A DNA stretch of 64,000 nucleotides. It comes from a virus. This document shows positions 10,208 to 19,688 of the stretch, one piece after another; within the stretch, counting starts at the first letter, position 1, and each line of letters opens with the position of its first letter. The translations under genes and the position numbers were made by a program. The notes below the pieces were generated by a model, which saw only the letters and a list, made by a program, of their open reading frames with translations, was not told where the DNA came from and did no database searches. The stretch is from positions 96,001-160,000 of the IMG/VR virus record IMGVR_UViG_3300042923_001106. One strand, 5' to 3'.

Positions 10208-10438
10208 ATGAGTAAAGTTACATTCGGAAATAATATCGGAGCAAAGCAATGGAGTTTCATGCTCGATAAAGAGAATAAGATTCTACATACGGCATGGTTT
10301 CCTCTGATCGAAGTCAATGGAAAGATGGCGACAATTAAGGACGACAATTATCCAGTTGGCATCAAGGAGGCTGAGAGCAGATATAAAGCTAGAAAGATGG
10401 CGCAAGAGTTTTTGAATCGAGTAAAAGAAGAAACATGA
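10208..10438 (+). CDS. hypothetical protein
   Basis: 76 aa, SD AGGAG. Confidence 0.65.
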   Translation: MSKVTFGNNIGAKQWSFMLDKENKILHTAWFPLIEVNGKMATIKDDNYPVGIKEAESRYKARKMAQEFLNRVKEET

Positions 10439-10469
10439 AGAAATATGATTTCGTGGGAAGAGGTGTAAG

Positions 10470-10742
10470 GTGATTAATAATAAGCCAACAAATGAGGAAT
10501 TGATAAAGTGGAAACAACATCTTCAAGAACTGGACGATGAAAAGTACCCAATTGCAATAGCTGCGGTAATGGAGTCCAAAGAGAAATATACAGAAGGTGA
10601 AGCATATACTTCTGTATATTTCTTGCAAAGAAAAGTAAGAGTAGGATACTCGCAAGGTCAACGACTCATCGAGCGTATGGTACAAGATAATATTCTTCAA
10701 CCAGAAATAAAAGAGAATTATATAAGGTACAAGATCCGATAA
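10470..10742 (+). CDS. stand-alone FtsK/SpoIIIE gamma-domain protein
   Basis: SVYFLQRKVRVGYSQGQRLIERMVQDNIL matches the FtsK-gamma winged-helix pattern S..LQR..RIGY..A.RLIE. Confidence 0.75.
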   Translation: MINNKPTNEELIKWKQHLQELDDEKYPIAIAAVMESKEKYTEGEAYTSVYFLQRKVRVGYSQGQRLIERMVQDNILQPEIKENYIRYKIR

Positions 10743-10757
10743 AAGGTAGATTGCATA

Positions 10758-10787
10758 AGAAAAGGAACTGCCAAGTACGACAGCTCC
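10758..10787 (-). terminator. minus-strand intrinsic terminator
   Basis: GGAGCTGTC-GTACTT-GGCAGTTCC followed by TTTTC on the minus strand. Confidence 0.75.
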
Positions 10788-10796
10788 AATCAGATA

Positions 10797-10910
10797 TTAC
10801 TTAAAGAAGAATCCTATGATACTCGCAAGACTCAGTTTGAATCGGAATTTCTTGGTTTCTGTGGTCTTATTCGGTTCTTTTACGGTTGTTCTCTCGTAAA
10901 CATATTCCAT
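10797..10910 (-). CDS. 37-aa peptide, type I toxin-like candidate
   Basis: MEYVYERTTVKEPNKTTETKKFRFKLSLASIIGFFFK; SD GAGGGGG, own terminator. Confidence 0.6.
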   Translation of the reverse strand: MEYVYERTTVKEPNKTTETKKFRFKLSLASIIGFFFK

Positions 10911-11215
10911 ATCTTTATCCCCCCTCGCAAACTAATTATCGTTGTCTCACTCTATATAGTTGCAACGAGAGGGTAAATTATTCAATTTGGCAGACCTAAT
11001 ATTGTTCAAGGTTGTTCAGGTACTTTTATTATAGATGATAAGCGATTTTCCGTACACTATTAAAATTCAATACAAGTTAGTTGCATATAAGAGATTTGAT
11101 CAGTATTTGTATTGCGTTTCCGAAGAAGGTTTGAAACTTCTTGAGAGGATTTTTGAAGTGAGGATTACTGAGCTAGAATAGCCCATTAAAATACGGGCTT
11201 CATGGGGTGAGAAAA

Positions 11216-11386
11216 ATGAAGTTGGGATATGCAGTAGTAGGTAAGTTATATGGAGAACCGTGGGAGAGCATGATTTACGAGGATGCTGAAGAATGTGATA
11301 GTGCTTATCGCGATCTAGTTAACGACAGTGATTATAGTGACTTAAAGAGATGTAATGTTTATATCCATTACGAAGAATGGCGATGA
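11216..11386 (+). CDS. small hypothetical protein (56 aa)
   Basis: SD GGGGTG, ATG. Confidence 0.5.
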   Translation: MKLGYAVVGKLYGEPWESMIYEDAEECDSAYRDLVNDSDYSDLKRCNVYIHYEEWR

Positions 11387-11438
11387 AAGACGGATTTTAT
11401 TTACTAGCGAAATAGGAAAAAATCACTGGAGGGAGTCT

Positions 11439-11681
11439 ATGATAGGCAAGATTTCAGTAAGAGGCTGTATCGTTGCATTATCTGATGGTAACCTATCTGG
11501 ACCTAGTGTACGTGTCTATTCATCAGACAATAGAATTATTCTTGATAGATATTATACACAAATGTCCACCGCAATCGAACAGTACGGATACATCTTACTA
11601 TCTCTATATGAGGGAATCGATTCATTCAGGTTAACGTCTAAAGTGTTGCCAAGTGACAACATCAAATGGGCTAGCATTTAG
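11439..11681 (+). CDS. hypothetical protein
   Basis: SD GGAGG before ATG 11439. Confidence 0.55.
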   Translation: MIGKISVRGCIVALSDGNLSGPSVRVYSSDNRIILDRYYTQMSTAIEQYGYILLSLYEGIDSFRLTSKVLPSDNIKWASI

Positions 11682-11726
11682 AAAACAAATGAAAATTCAT
11701 TTTCATTTGCCGGGAAGGATGATGCA

Positions 11727-11930
11727 ATGACGTACAACAATGTAAAGTATTGTAGTTTTGACTGTGAGGAAATAGGTGGAGTCTGCGATAACTGCATCCA
11801 TTACGACTTCAATGGTGACGAGGAAGGCATATATGTTGGAGATGGCTATTGTAACTATCACGAAGATCACTCAGAACCGCACAATGGGTGCGAAGATTTT
11901 GTTTGTCTTGGGGTGAGAAATAATGAATAA
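11727..11930 (+). CDS. small Cys/His-rich protein
   Basis: CDNCIHY...C...H...CEDFVC. Confidence 0.65.
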   Translation: MTYNNVKYCSFDCEEIGGVCDNCIHYDFNGDEEGIYVGDGYCNYHEDHSEPHNGCEDFVCLGVRNNE

Positions 11931-12267
11931 AATTATAAAATACATAAATGAAACCGAAATATCGGCAGTGGTCGATTCTATTGTCAAAAACAACAAAGAT
12001 ATCTGGAGTGTAATCGAACAGATTAAGGAGTCTAGGATAGAGTATCAGAAAAAGTCGCAGGAGCTGCAGAATGAACTCGTTAAGTTGTTACCCGACTACA
12101 AAGTGGGTATGATCCTCGAGGCTAAAGAAGACTGTCTGAACAATTGGCGTAAGGGTGATCGTGTAGAAATAACACTCGTCAAAGGAAATGATTGTGTTTT
12201 AGATGGTGCGGCTGCTATCGATGAGAAATGGATTCGTAAGTATTTTATGATCATTGGGAGCAAATGA
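11923..12267 (+). CDS. hypothetical protein
   Basis: 114 aa, coupled to the upstream gene. Confidence 0.7.
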   Translation: MNKIIKYINETEISAVVDSIVKNNKDIWSVIEQIKESRIEYQKKSQELQNELVKLLPDYKVGMILEAKEDCLNNWRKGDRVEITLVKGNDCVLDGAAAIDEKWIRKYFMIIGSK

Positions 12268-12301
12268 AGTGCAGTGTGTATTTTTAGAAAGGAGATAGTG
12301 A

Positions 12302-13054
12302 TTGTTAGAAATAAACAAAATATATAATGAGGATTGCATTGGATTAAACGGAATGCGTTTGATCCAAGATAAATCAATTAACTTAATTCTCGCTGACCTA
12401 CCCTACGAGGAAACGCAAAATGTTTGGGATTCTGTTATTACACCTGAAATAATGTGGAATGAGTATAAAAGAATCATTAAAGATAACGGGGTTATTGCAC
12501 TTACTGCATCGTTTCAATTTGCTTCAAAGATATATGAGTCTAGAAAGGTTCCGTTTCGATATGATATAGTTTGGCGCAAAAATAAGAGCACAGGATTCTT
12601 AAATGCTAAGAAAATGCCACTACGTCAACACGAACTAATTCTCATTTTTTACCGCAAACTGCCAGTTTATAATCCGCAAAAAACTACAGGTCATAAACCA
12701 GCGAATTCATATACTAAACATACTGGTGATGGTAGCAATTATGGAAAAACTAAAATCGGGGTATCTGGTGGAGGACAGACAGATAGATATCCAACAAGTG
12801 TATGGGATATACCTGTGATGAATAATGACTCGAAAGATAAATGGCATCCCACACAAAAACCTGTAGAGCTATTCGAAAGAATTATTAAAACATACTCCAA
12901 TCAAGGCGATTTGGTATTGGATAACGCTAGTGGGTCAGGAACTACTGCTGAAGCTTGCATGAATACTCAGAGGGATTATATCTGCTTCGAAAAAGATAGA
13001 ACATACTGGGAAAAATCGATTGCACGTATTCATCGATTGAATAATAATACATAA
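12302..13054 (+). CDS. DNA N4-cytosine/N6-adenine methyltransferase (beta class)
   Basis: DLPY motif IV, HPTQKP, VLDNASGSGTT motif I. Confidence 0.92.
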   Translation: MLEINKIYNEDCIGLNGMRLIQDKSINLILADLPYEETQNVWDSVITPEIMWNEYKRIIKDNGVIALTASFQFASKIYESRKVPFRYDIVWRKNKSTGFLNAKKMPLRQHELILIFYRKLPVYNPQKTTGHKPANSYTKHTGDGSNYGKTKIGVSGGGQTDRYPTSVWDIPVMNNDSKDKWHPTQKPVELFERIIKTYSNQGDLVLDNASGSGTTAEACMNTQRDYICFEKDRTYWEKSIARIHRLNNNT

Positions 13055-13091
13055 TTTATGCAAATAAAATGTTAGTTTAATTGGAGGAAGT

Positions 13092-13334
13092 ATGGGAGAG
13101 AACAATTTGACTTTGATTATTGGGGATGATTGGGAAGGCATTTATCACGATGGACTACTGATTTATGAGGGACATGAAGTGCAAAGAAGAGAGTTAGTAA
13201 ACTTAATGAAAAGCCATGAAACATTTAATGTGGAATTTAAAGCGCTCAATGATATGGGGATTGATTGGTTGCATGAGGAAGGAAGTTTACCTGAATACAT
13301 ATCTGGAATCCCATATCAGTGTATCGAGCAATAA
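13092..13334 (+). CDS. hypothetical protein
   Basis: 80 aa; stop codon inside the palindrome. Confidence 0.7.
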   Translation: MGENNLTLIIGDDWEGIYHDGLLIYEGHEVQRRELVNLMKSHETFNVEFKALNDMGIDWLHEEGSLPEYISGIPYQCIEQ

Positions 13335-13359
13335 AACCTGTATTTCATAGGGAGGAAAA

Positions 13360-13716
13360 ATGGAACAAATACAAAATCACGAAATTAAAGACATCTGGAG
13401 AATTAGAGACGGCTTACTGGTTGAGGTGTTTAAGTACAAATCTATTGGTCATCACAGTTATACTAAGAAGCAAGAAAAACGTGTTATGGGTTGCAAAGGA
13501 TTGACAGTACTAACGTCTAGTTATACAGACTCATATAGCAAGAAAACTTATTCCAAAGGAACACTTCTTTACAATAGTTGTCCAGTTGAACCGTTGGATG
13601 ATAAGAGTCAATTTAAATTTGAAATTAAGTCGAGCGGCGGATCAATCTTTGGTTCGGTTAATGAAATTGAAAAAGTGTTAAAAGACATTGAAAACTTGAT
13701 GAGAAAATATCAATAA
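13360..13716 (+). CDS. hypothetical phage protein
   Basis: 118 aa, SD GGAGG. Confidence 0.75.
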   Translation: MEQIQNHEIKDIWRIRDGLLVEVFKYKSIGHHSYTKKQEKRVMGCKGLTVLTSSYTDSYSKKTYSKGTLLYNSCPVEPLDDKSQFKFEIKSSGGSIFGSVNEIEKVLKDIENLMRKYQ

Positions 13717-13741
13717 AAATTGGATTAATACTGGAGTCGAT

Positions 13742-14062
13742 TTGTTGATTAGAAGATTTAAAACAACTGTTATCCGAGAAGACGAATACATAATTGAGAT
13801 CGATGATGAAGTTATTGACGAAGAATGGATGAAAAAGTATAGTGAGGACTTTAGAAACATTCCTTCGCTCAAAGGACATATTGAAAATCTAGCTTGGAAT
13901 CGAATGGTCAATGGCGAGGACTTTTATGAAGGATATGGAAACGTGTTGCATGACGGAGCAATAGCTTGGCAAGCAACCGGATATGTTGAGAAAGGTATTA
14001 ACATTAAAGTTGTAAATAAGGATGATATTGAAGTATTTGCCGAAGAGATGTTAAGGATTTAA
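13742..14062 (+). CDS. hypothetical protein
   Basis: 106 aa. Confidence 0.7.
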   Translation: MLIRRFKTTVIREDEYIIEIDDEVIDEEWMKKYSEDFRNIPSLKGHIENLAWNRMVNGEDFYEGYGNVLHDGAIAWQATGYVEKGINIKVVNKDDIEVFAEEMLRI

Positions 14063-14144
14063 TATTGGATTCAAAAGTTGATTATAGTAACGAAATCTTA
14101 CTTAATGATTATCAAAATTATTAATAAAAAATAAAAGGAGTGTA

Positions 14145-14405
14145 TTGAAAATGATTTTACATCCTGATGGACGAGTAGAGGGTACAGCCGAAGAGTTGAT
14201 TATGTGGAAAGAAATGCTGTCAAAAAAAGTAGAACAGGAATATTACAAGAAGTTCACCTCGAGTGGAAAAGGTTATACACCATGGATTACTGGAACAACT
14301 AGTGTTAGCACTGGAAACTGTCCAAATGAAGGTGGACCATGTTATTGTACAGGCGCATGCAGAGGTGGGACTATTACGTATGGCGGAAAGGAGGCGAATC
14401 ATTGA
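14145..14405 (+). CDS. hypothetical protein with CxxxxxxCxCxxxC tail
   Basis: 86 aa, SD AAGGAG. Confidence 0.65.
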   Translation: MKMILHPDGRVEGTAEELIMWKEMLSKKVEQEYYKKFTSSGKGYTPWITGTTSVSTGNCPNEGGPCYCTGACRGGTITYGGKEANH

Positions 14406-14767
14406 ATAAAGAAACACAATTAAGGGCGGAGAACCAAAAGTATAAAATTATTGCAGCGTTGCGCGAGGCTGGTGCAAGTGGCTTAACGAATGCACAGCTC
14501 TCCAAAATTGCACTTCGATACAATGCTCGAATTCAAGAAATGTATGTTCTCGGCTTTGGCATAAGCACAGTCCCAATGTCAGGCGGACTAACTAGATATG
14601 TATTAAACTCAGAACCTAAATCGATACATAGCAAGCCCGATCACGCTTTGAATATCCTCATTAAAGAGATAGATAAGTGCGGAGGCAATGTTGATAAGGA
14701 ACAGTTGCTAGGCTTATTGGAAGCTAATAATTTCACAGTGAGACGTAAAGTTGGTTCATTCAGTTAA
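14402..14767 (+). CDS. winged-helix DNA-binding protein
   Basis: GLTNAQLSKIALRYNARIQEM...GF.I. Confidence 0.65.
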   Translation: MNKETQLRAENQKYKIIAALREAGASGLTNAQLSKIALRYNARIQEMYVLGFGISTVPMSGGLTRYVLNSEPKSIHSKPDHALNILIKEIDKCGGNVDKEQLLGLLEANNFTVRRKVGSFS

Positions 14768-14811
14768 AATAAATGAATAGAAAAAGAATTTAATGGACGA
14801 GGAGTGGTCTA

Positions 14812-15363
14812 ATGAGTAAATTCTTTACTGATTTGAAGGAAGTTTTAATCAATGCAGGTAGTCAAAACAATATTAATGCTTGCGGGTATTATAATGCACT
14901 CCTTCAAAATAGTAATATGCTGGATGAAATCATTGAATCATATAAAATAAACAATATGTATATAACATGGCATCCTGATGATACCGGTGATTACACTGAC
15001 GGTTTGATTCTAATTTCGTTTAGAGATTATCGCGATGGAAATTTCAAGTATAAAATACAACTTACATCGGAGCAGTCATGGGACGGATATTGTGAGTGTA
15101 CTCCTGAAACACCGCACTACAACCCAAAATATGATTGTTCGGGATACTGTGACTGGTATATCCCAACATTTTCAATTGAAAAACACACAGATATTGGACA
15201 TGAGAAATTTAAAGGTTATGCAAAAGATATGTGGGAATTAGACGCTCAATGGCAAGAAGAACTTGGAATCCACGAAGATGATAAAACAGCTGAACAAATT
15301 GCAAATATTAATCTTCAAATTGAACAACTTCTGAAGCGTAAAGAGGCGCTTAGAAATAAATAA
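14812..15363 (+). CDS. hypothetical protein
   Basis: 183 aa, SD GAGGAG. Confidence 0.75.
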   Translation: MSKFFTDLKEVLINAGSQNNINACGYYNALLQNSNMLDEIIESYKINNMYITWHPDDTGDYTDGLILISFRDYRDGNFKYKIQLTSEQSWDGYCECTPETPHYNPKYDCSGYCDWYIPTFSIEKHTDIGHEKFKGYAKDMWELDAQWQEELGIHEDDKTAEQIANINLQIEQLLKRKEALRNK

Positions 15364-15389
15364 ATTCGTGATTTCATTGAGGAGAGAAA

Positions 15390-15719
15390 ATGAAAAAGAT
15401 ATTTTTTGACATTGATAATGGAGAAGTAGTGAAACCGAGAAATATCACAGCGCCAGCATATTTAGCTGTGATAGAAGATGAAAGTTTAAAAATTACCGAA
15501 CTGTACTCATGTTTTAGCAAATTTAAGCTTGAAGCATACGGTTATAAGTGGGAGAATGCTATGCTTCATCAGGATTGTTTTGAGTGGGTTAACTATTCAT
15601 GGTTGATGAAGAGTTTACGAAAATATATATTGTTGATTGCGAAGCGCAGTGATAAAGATGACTATGAAGATGAGTATAGAGAGCATTATAGGTATTTGAG
15701 ATTCTGGAAGAGGCATTGA
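15390..15719 (+). CDS. hypothetical protein
   Basis: 109 aa. Confidence 0.7.
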   Translation: MKKIFFDIDNGEVVKPRNITAPAYLAVIEDESLKITELYSCFSKFKLEAYGYKWENAMLHQDCFEWVNYSWLMKSLRKYILLIAKRSDKDDYEDEYREHYRYLRFWKRH

Positions 15720-15749
15720 AATTGTAATTTTATAAAGAGGTGTATTTGA

Positions 15750-15947
15750 ATGATGGGAAAAGTTAAATGGTTCATCCAAGAACTTGGATACGGCTACTTT
15801 ACTTCGGATGACGGAATAGATATTTTTGTATCAGTTAAAAACCCTTTCGAACAGTCGTTTATACAAGGAGACAGAGTAAAGTTTGATCTAATTGAGTGCC
15901 AATATGGTGGTCTGACAGCTATAAACACTGAGAAGATAAAAATATAA
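15750..15947 (+). CDS. cold-shock domain protein
   Basis: GKVKWF...GYGYF...DIFV...GDRVKFD (RNP1/RNP2-like). Confidence 0.85.
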   Translation: MMGKVKWFIQELGYGYFTSDDGIDIFVSVKNPFEQSFIQGDRVKFDLIECQYGGLTAINTEKIKI

Positions 15948-15976
15948 TTTATCTACAAATTGAAGGAGAGATAGAT

Positions 15977-16288
15977 TTGTTAAAGATTGAGGATAAAAAT
16001 ATTACAGGTTTTACAGTTAAAGTTTTAAATAAAAAAGTAGTTATTGAAATGCCAATTGCCAATCTGGTTAGAGGTTTTAATCTGAGTCCTAATAATTATG
16101 GCGAATGTAAGATTAAACGAGGTAAAAGACAAGAATTTGCGAAATGGTTGGTTGAAAATCTTTTAGATGAAGCAAACGTGGATACAGGTGATAATTTTAT
16201 TGTAACTATGCTAGACAGTGTCTATGAAAGAGCATATGAAGGCGCAGAAGACGAGTTTGTTAAGTACGGATATGACGTTGAAGAGTAA
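15977..16288 (+). CDS. hypothetical phage protein
   Basis: 103 aa. Confidence 0.7.
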   Translation: MLKIEDKNITGFTVKVLNKKVVIEMPIANLVRGFNLSPNNYGECKIKRGKRQEFAKWLVENLLDEANVDTGDNFIVTMLDSVYERAYEGAEDEFVKYGYDVEE

Positions 16289-16330
16289 ATAAAATAGGAA
16301 ATTTATCTGCCGAGCAAGGAGGGAGTAATC

Positions 16331-16438
16331 ATTATTGACCCGACTCAAGATGGTATATCTCACATAAATATCTATAGCCAAGGCAAGACAGAGCTTGGAC
16401 GGATGTTAAGCAACTTCTATGGGTATGGATGGAGGTAA
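16331..16438 (+). pseudogene. N-terminal fragment of a NADAR-like phage protein
   Basis: IDPTQDGISHINIYSQGKTELGRMLSNF, then HNH gene; SD AAGGAGG, ATT start. Confidence 0.5.
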
Positions 16439-17084
16439 AATTATTACAAAATATATTGATATAACAGGTGAAAAATTTGGTAGGTGGACAGTTATTGAAA
16501 GAGGAAAAAATGACAAAAACGGCAAAGCGATGTGGTTATGTCAATGTGAATGCGGAAGTCAACCAAGAGAAGTAAACAGTTCGAGTTTAAGAAATGGCGT
16601 ATCAAATAGTTGTGGTTGTCTAAATCTGGAGAAAATTAGTAGTAGGTTTAAACTACACGGAAAATCAAAGACCAGATTGAATAATATTTGGTTTAACATG
16701 AAACAGCGTTGTTATAATTCAAAAAATCCAAATTACGCTGATTATGGTGGTAGAGGCATTAAGATTTGCGATGAATGGCTTAATGATTTTTTAAATTTCT
16801 ATAATTGGTCAATTGAGAATGGACATTCGGATGAATTAAGTATTGAAAGAATAAATGTAAATGGAGATTATGATAAACATAATTGTAAATGGGCAACTGA
16901 TTTAGAACAGGCAAACAATAAAAGAAATAATGTTTACATTACAATTAACAATGTGACTAGAACTGCGGCTCAATGGGAGAAAGATAGCGGAATAAATAAA
17001 TCGACTTTTAGAAATAGAATTCGAAGAGGACTTCAAGGCGAAGAATTGTTGAGTATTAATAGAAGTAAAAATATAAAGTTATAG
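16419..17084 (+). CDS. HNH homing endonuclease
   Basis: DITGEKFGRWTV...WLCQCECG...SCGC; MKQRC...YGGRGIKIC...SIERINVNGDY...W...EQANN. Confidence 0.9.
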   Translation: MGMDGGKIITKYIDITGEKFGRWTVIERGKNDKNGKAMWLCQCECGSQPREVNSSSLRNGVSNSCGCLNLEKISSRFKLHGKSKTRLNNIWFNMKQRCYNSKNPNYADYGGRGIKICDEWLNDFLNFYNWSIENGHSDELSIERINVNGDYDKHNCKWATDLEQANNKRNNVYITINNVTRTAAQWEKDSGINKSTFRNRIRRGLQGEELLSINRSKNIKL

Positions 17085-17193
17085 TTAATTGAAGCCATTA
17101 GAAATGGTATTTGATTCAGGAACACACTTAGTGAATACTAAAAATATCAATAAAGTTTTGCTCGAATGAATGAGCAAATAAAAGGAGACAATT

Positions 17194-17844
17194 TTGGATA
17201 AGGTTAAATTAAAATATATAAAAATACGGCTTGAATTAGAAAAACAACAATTGACAGATATGCTTCCTGAAGAATTCAGAGAAAGGTTTCAAAAACTTGC
17301 ATATATAGCCGGTGGATGTATTTACTCAATTTATAATAACACAGAACCAAAAGATTATGATTTCTTTTTACGTGATAGTAAATTAGCCAATGATTTGAGA
17401 AAATATTTTATTTCACTATCAGGTTATCACGGGAAAACAGTGTCAGGTGGTATGTATAAAGATAGTTTCTTAGTAGTAACTGAAAATGCCGTTACACTCG
17501 GAAAGCATCAGATAATCACTCGTTGGGTAGGTGAACCGATGGAAGTTTGTGGAGAATTCGATTTTTGCCATCTTCAGTACTACTACGATGGCAACGAAAT
17601 TGAAACAATCAGTGATTTTGAATTTCTAGAAAGTAAGACATTGCGATACAACGAGAGTCGTGCGCGGGACATCGTTGGTTCGGTAATGAGGCTGAATAAA
17701 TTCGTTGAACGGGGGATGAAAGCCCCGCAAAAAGAAGTGAGTAAAATGTTGCTCAAATTAAAAGAAGTCGGGTTCAATGAGCGCGAAGTTGAAATTTTAG
17801 AAGAAGCAAAAGAAAGGTCTGATACAGATCATTTTGGTTCGTGA
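17194..17844 (+). CDS. nucleotidyltransferase (IAGG...DxD type) paralog 1
   Basis: YIAGGCIYS...KDYDFF...FDF...RLNKFVERG. Confidence 0.75.
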   Translation: MDKVKLKYIKIRLELEKQQLTDMLPEEFRERFQKLAYIAGGCIYSIYNNTEPKDYDFFLRDSKLANDLRKYFISLSGYHGKTVSGGMYKDSFLVVTENAVTLGKHQIITRWVGEPMEVCGEFDFCHLQYYYDGNEIETISDFEFLESKTLRYNESRARDIVGSVMRLNKFVERGMKAPQKEVSKMLLKLKEVGFNEREVEILEEAKERSDTDHFGS

Positions 17845-17852
17845 GGTGCATA

Positions 17853-18047
17853 ATGGTTAATCATTTTGTTTTAACAGATGAAGAGTTAGTTGACGAATTA
17901 ATTGATCTTATCGAGTGCTCGGTCGAAGTCGACTACGATCTTGTTGACAATGACTTTGACATCAATACTGACTGCAGTTTTCATTACAAGAGAAACAGAG
18001 AGTATCACGAAATTCGTAAAGAACTGTTATATAGATTGAGCAAATAA
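17853..18047 (+). CDS. small acidic hypothetical protein
   Basis: ORF coupled to the upstream stop. Confidence 0.55.
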   Translation: MVNHFVLTDEELVDELIDLIECSVEVDYDLVDNDFDINTDCSFHYKRNREYHEIRKELLYRLSK

Positions 18048-18092
18048 AATAAAAGAGTATTTTCATTGACCTAAGAATAGGGAGGAAACGAG

Positions 18093-18986
18093 TTGAAAGC
18101 AAGTACAAATGAAGATTTCAAATTGATTGCAATTAAAACAAAAGATAGAGTATACATTTCTGACAATATTACTAATTCGAGTTATTTCAATTCACAAATT
18201 AAATATTTCCTATTCGATGAAACGGAAGCAAAAAGTACATATAAGAGCGACTGGTACGAGGTTTCCGCGATTCCCAATAAAATAGAAAAGAGAATTCCTA
18301 AGCAAGTTATTAAATCTTGGTATGAGTTGAAGGAGGCACATTATAATACTAGTTTACCAAGAGTACTTTATAGCAAAGATTTCGCGGAAGATGGAGAATA
18401 CGAATCAGTTTATGGACTTTATCAGATTAAAAATGAATATGATGAAGGTGGATTAGAATCTATTAAATTTCAACTAAACGTTATTGAAGAACTCGATGAT
18501 TTTGTTATTACAAGAAGTGACTACGAACTACAACATCCAATTCTTGATAAGATTCAAACACATCCGATTTTACTCACAACTAAACACTGTAGCCTAAGCA
18601 GAGAAGATAGTTATAAAATTGTACGTAAATATATTAAAGAAAATATTAATCATAAATATGCAACCATTACAAGTGACTATGATTTTTGCTTTACAGTTGC
18701 AAAGAAAATTGACCATGATCCTGAACCTTATCAAGTTAATGTAGGCAAAAGAAAACCGAAGTATGAAACAAGATATCAGAGAACACGAACAGTAAAGACT
18801 TACGAAATTGCCCCAAAAGCATATCAAAACTATCCTGTAATTGAGCCATTTCAAGGTAAAAATGAACAGGACCTAAAAAATAATATTCAATCATATTTGG
18901 ATGAAGTTATGGCAGTTATTAATAAACCACTTGTTGAATGTGAGCATTGCAAAGGATTGGGGGTTGTAAAGACAAATGAAATTTAA
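18093..18986 (+). CDS. conserved phage protein with C-terminal CxxCxGxG
   Basis: 297 aa, SD GGAGG. Confidence 0.75.
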   Translation: MKASTNEDFKLIAIKTKDRVYISDNITNSSYFNSQIKYFLFDETEAKSTYKSDWYEVSAIPNKIEKRIPKQVIKSWYELKEAHYNTSLPRVLYSKDFAEDGEYESVYGLYQIKNEYDEGGLESIKFQLNVIEELDDFVITRSDYELQHPILDKIQTHPILLTTKHCSLSREDSYKIVRKYIKENINHKYATITSDYDFCFTVAKKIDHDPEPYQVNVGKRKPKYETRYQRTRTVKTYEIAPKAYQNYPVIEPFQGKNEQDLKNNIQSYLDEVMAVINKPLVECEHCKGLGVVKTNEI

Positions 18987-19245
18987 GACAAGTTTTCTGA
19001 GAAAAGAACTTGATTTGCCTGATGCCGCGATTAAAGACGAGATTACTGATACTTCCCGATGGAGTATCCATCATAGAATTGTTTTTGAACATAATGGCAT
19101 ATTTTATCAAACCTACTATTCTGTCGGAGCAACAGAGATGCAAGATGAAGGTCCATGGGAGCATGAGTCAGAAGTTGATTGTGTTGAGGTTGAATTAAAA
19201 CCGACAACCGTTATGAAGTGGGTTCCTGTTAAAAATAATAAATAA
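18976..19245 (+). CDS. hypothetical phage protein
   Basis: 89 aa; SRWS...QTYYSVGATE.QDE. Confidence 0.75.
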   Translation: MKFKTSFLRKELDLPDAAIKDEITDTSRWSIHHRIVFEHNGIFYQTYYSVGATEMQDEGPWEHESEVDCVEVELKPTTVMKWVPVKNNK

Positions 19246-19248
19246 AAC

Positions 19249-19277
19249 TATGCAATAATAAATATATGTGATAATAT
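19249..19277 (+). promoter_or_regulatory. putative promoter
   Basis: TATGCA-17-TAATAT, extended TG, upstream AATAAAA. Confidence 0.4.
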
Positions 19278-19325
19278 TAAAATGAAGGTGAATGCCCCTT
19301 TCATATTAATATAAATATTAGGGAG

Positions 19326-19550
19326 ATGAAACAAGTGAATATTGAGTCAATGCAAGTAGTGTCCGAACGTAACGGTTTTGTCATACGTGAAGACAAGGAT
19401 AATCGTTTCAAGTATGTTGTTTATCATCCTAATTTCGATGGTGTATATATCGATGCATTTAAGTACCTAGAAGAAGCTGAAGAGTTTTGCGATGAAGAAG
19501 ACCCAGTTGTTTGTGCCGAAGATATTCAAAATGGCTTCCTATGTACATAA
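19326..19550 (+). CDS. hypothetical protein
   Basis: 74 aa. Confidence 0.65.
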   Translation: MKQVNIESMQVVSERNGFVIREDKDNRFKYVVYHPNFDGVYIDAFKYLEEAEEFCDEEDPVVCAEDIQNGFLCT

Positions 19551-19688
19551 TTTACGATTGCTTTAAAAAAGAAAACATTCGGATTTATAAGGTTTTTGAA
19601 GATTTTCCCTTCATTGAGTATTTATCTCGAGACGACATAAATACTGGCGGATTTTACATGATTACAACTGAAGAGAGGGGAATAAAGA

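Noticed and set aside
16331-17160. Group I intron carrying the HNH gene
   Set aside because: No recognisable P7/catalytic core or downstream exon; kept only as a disrupted-gene finding
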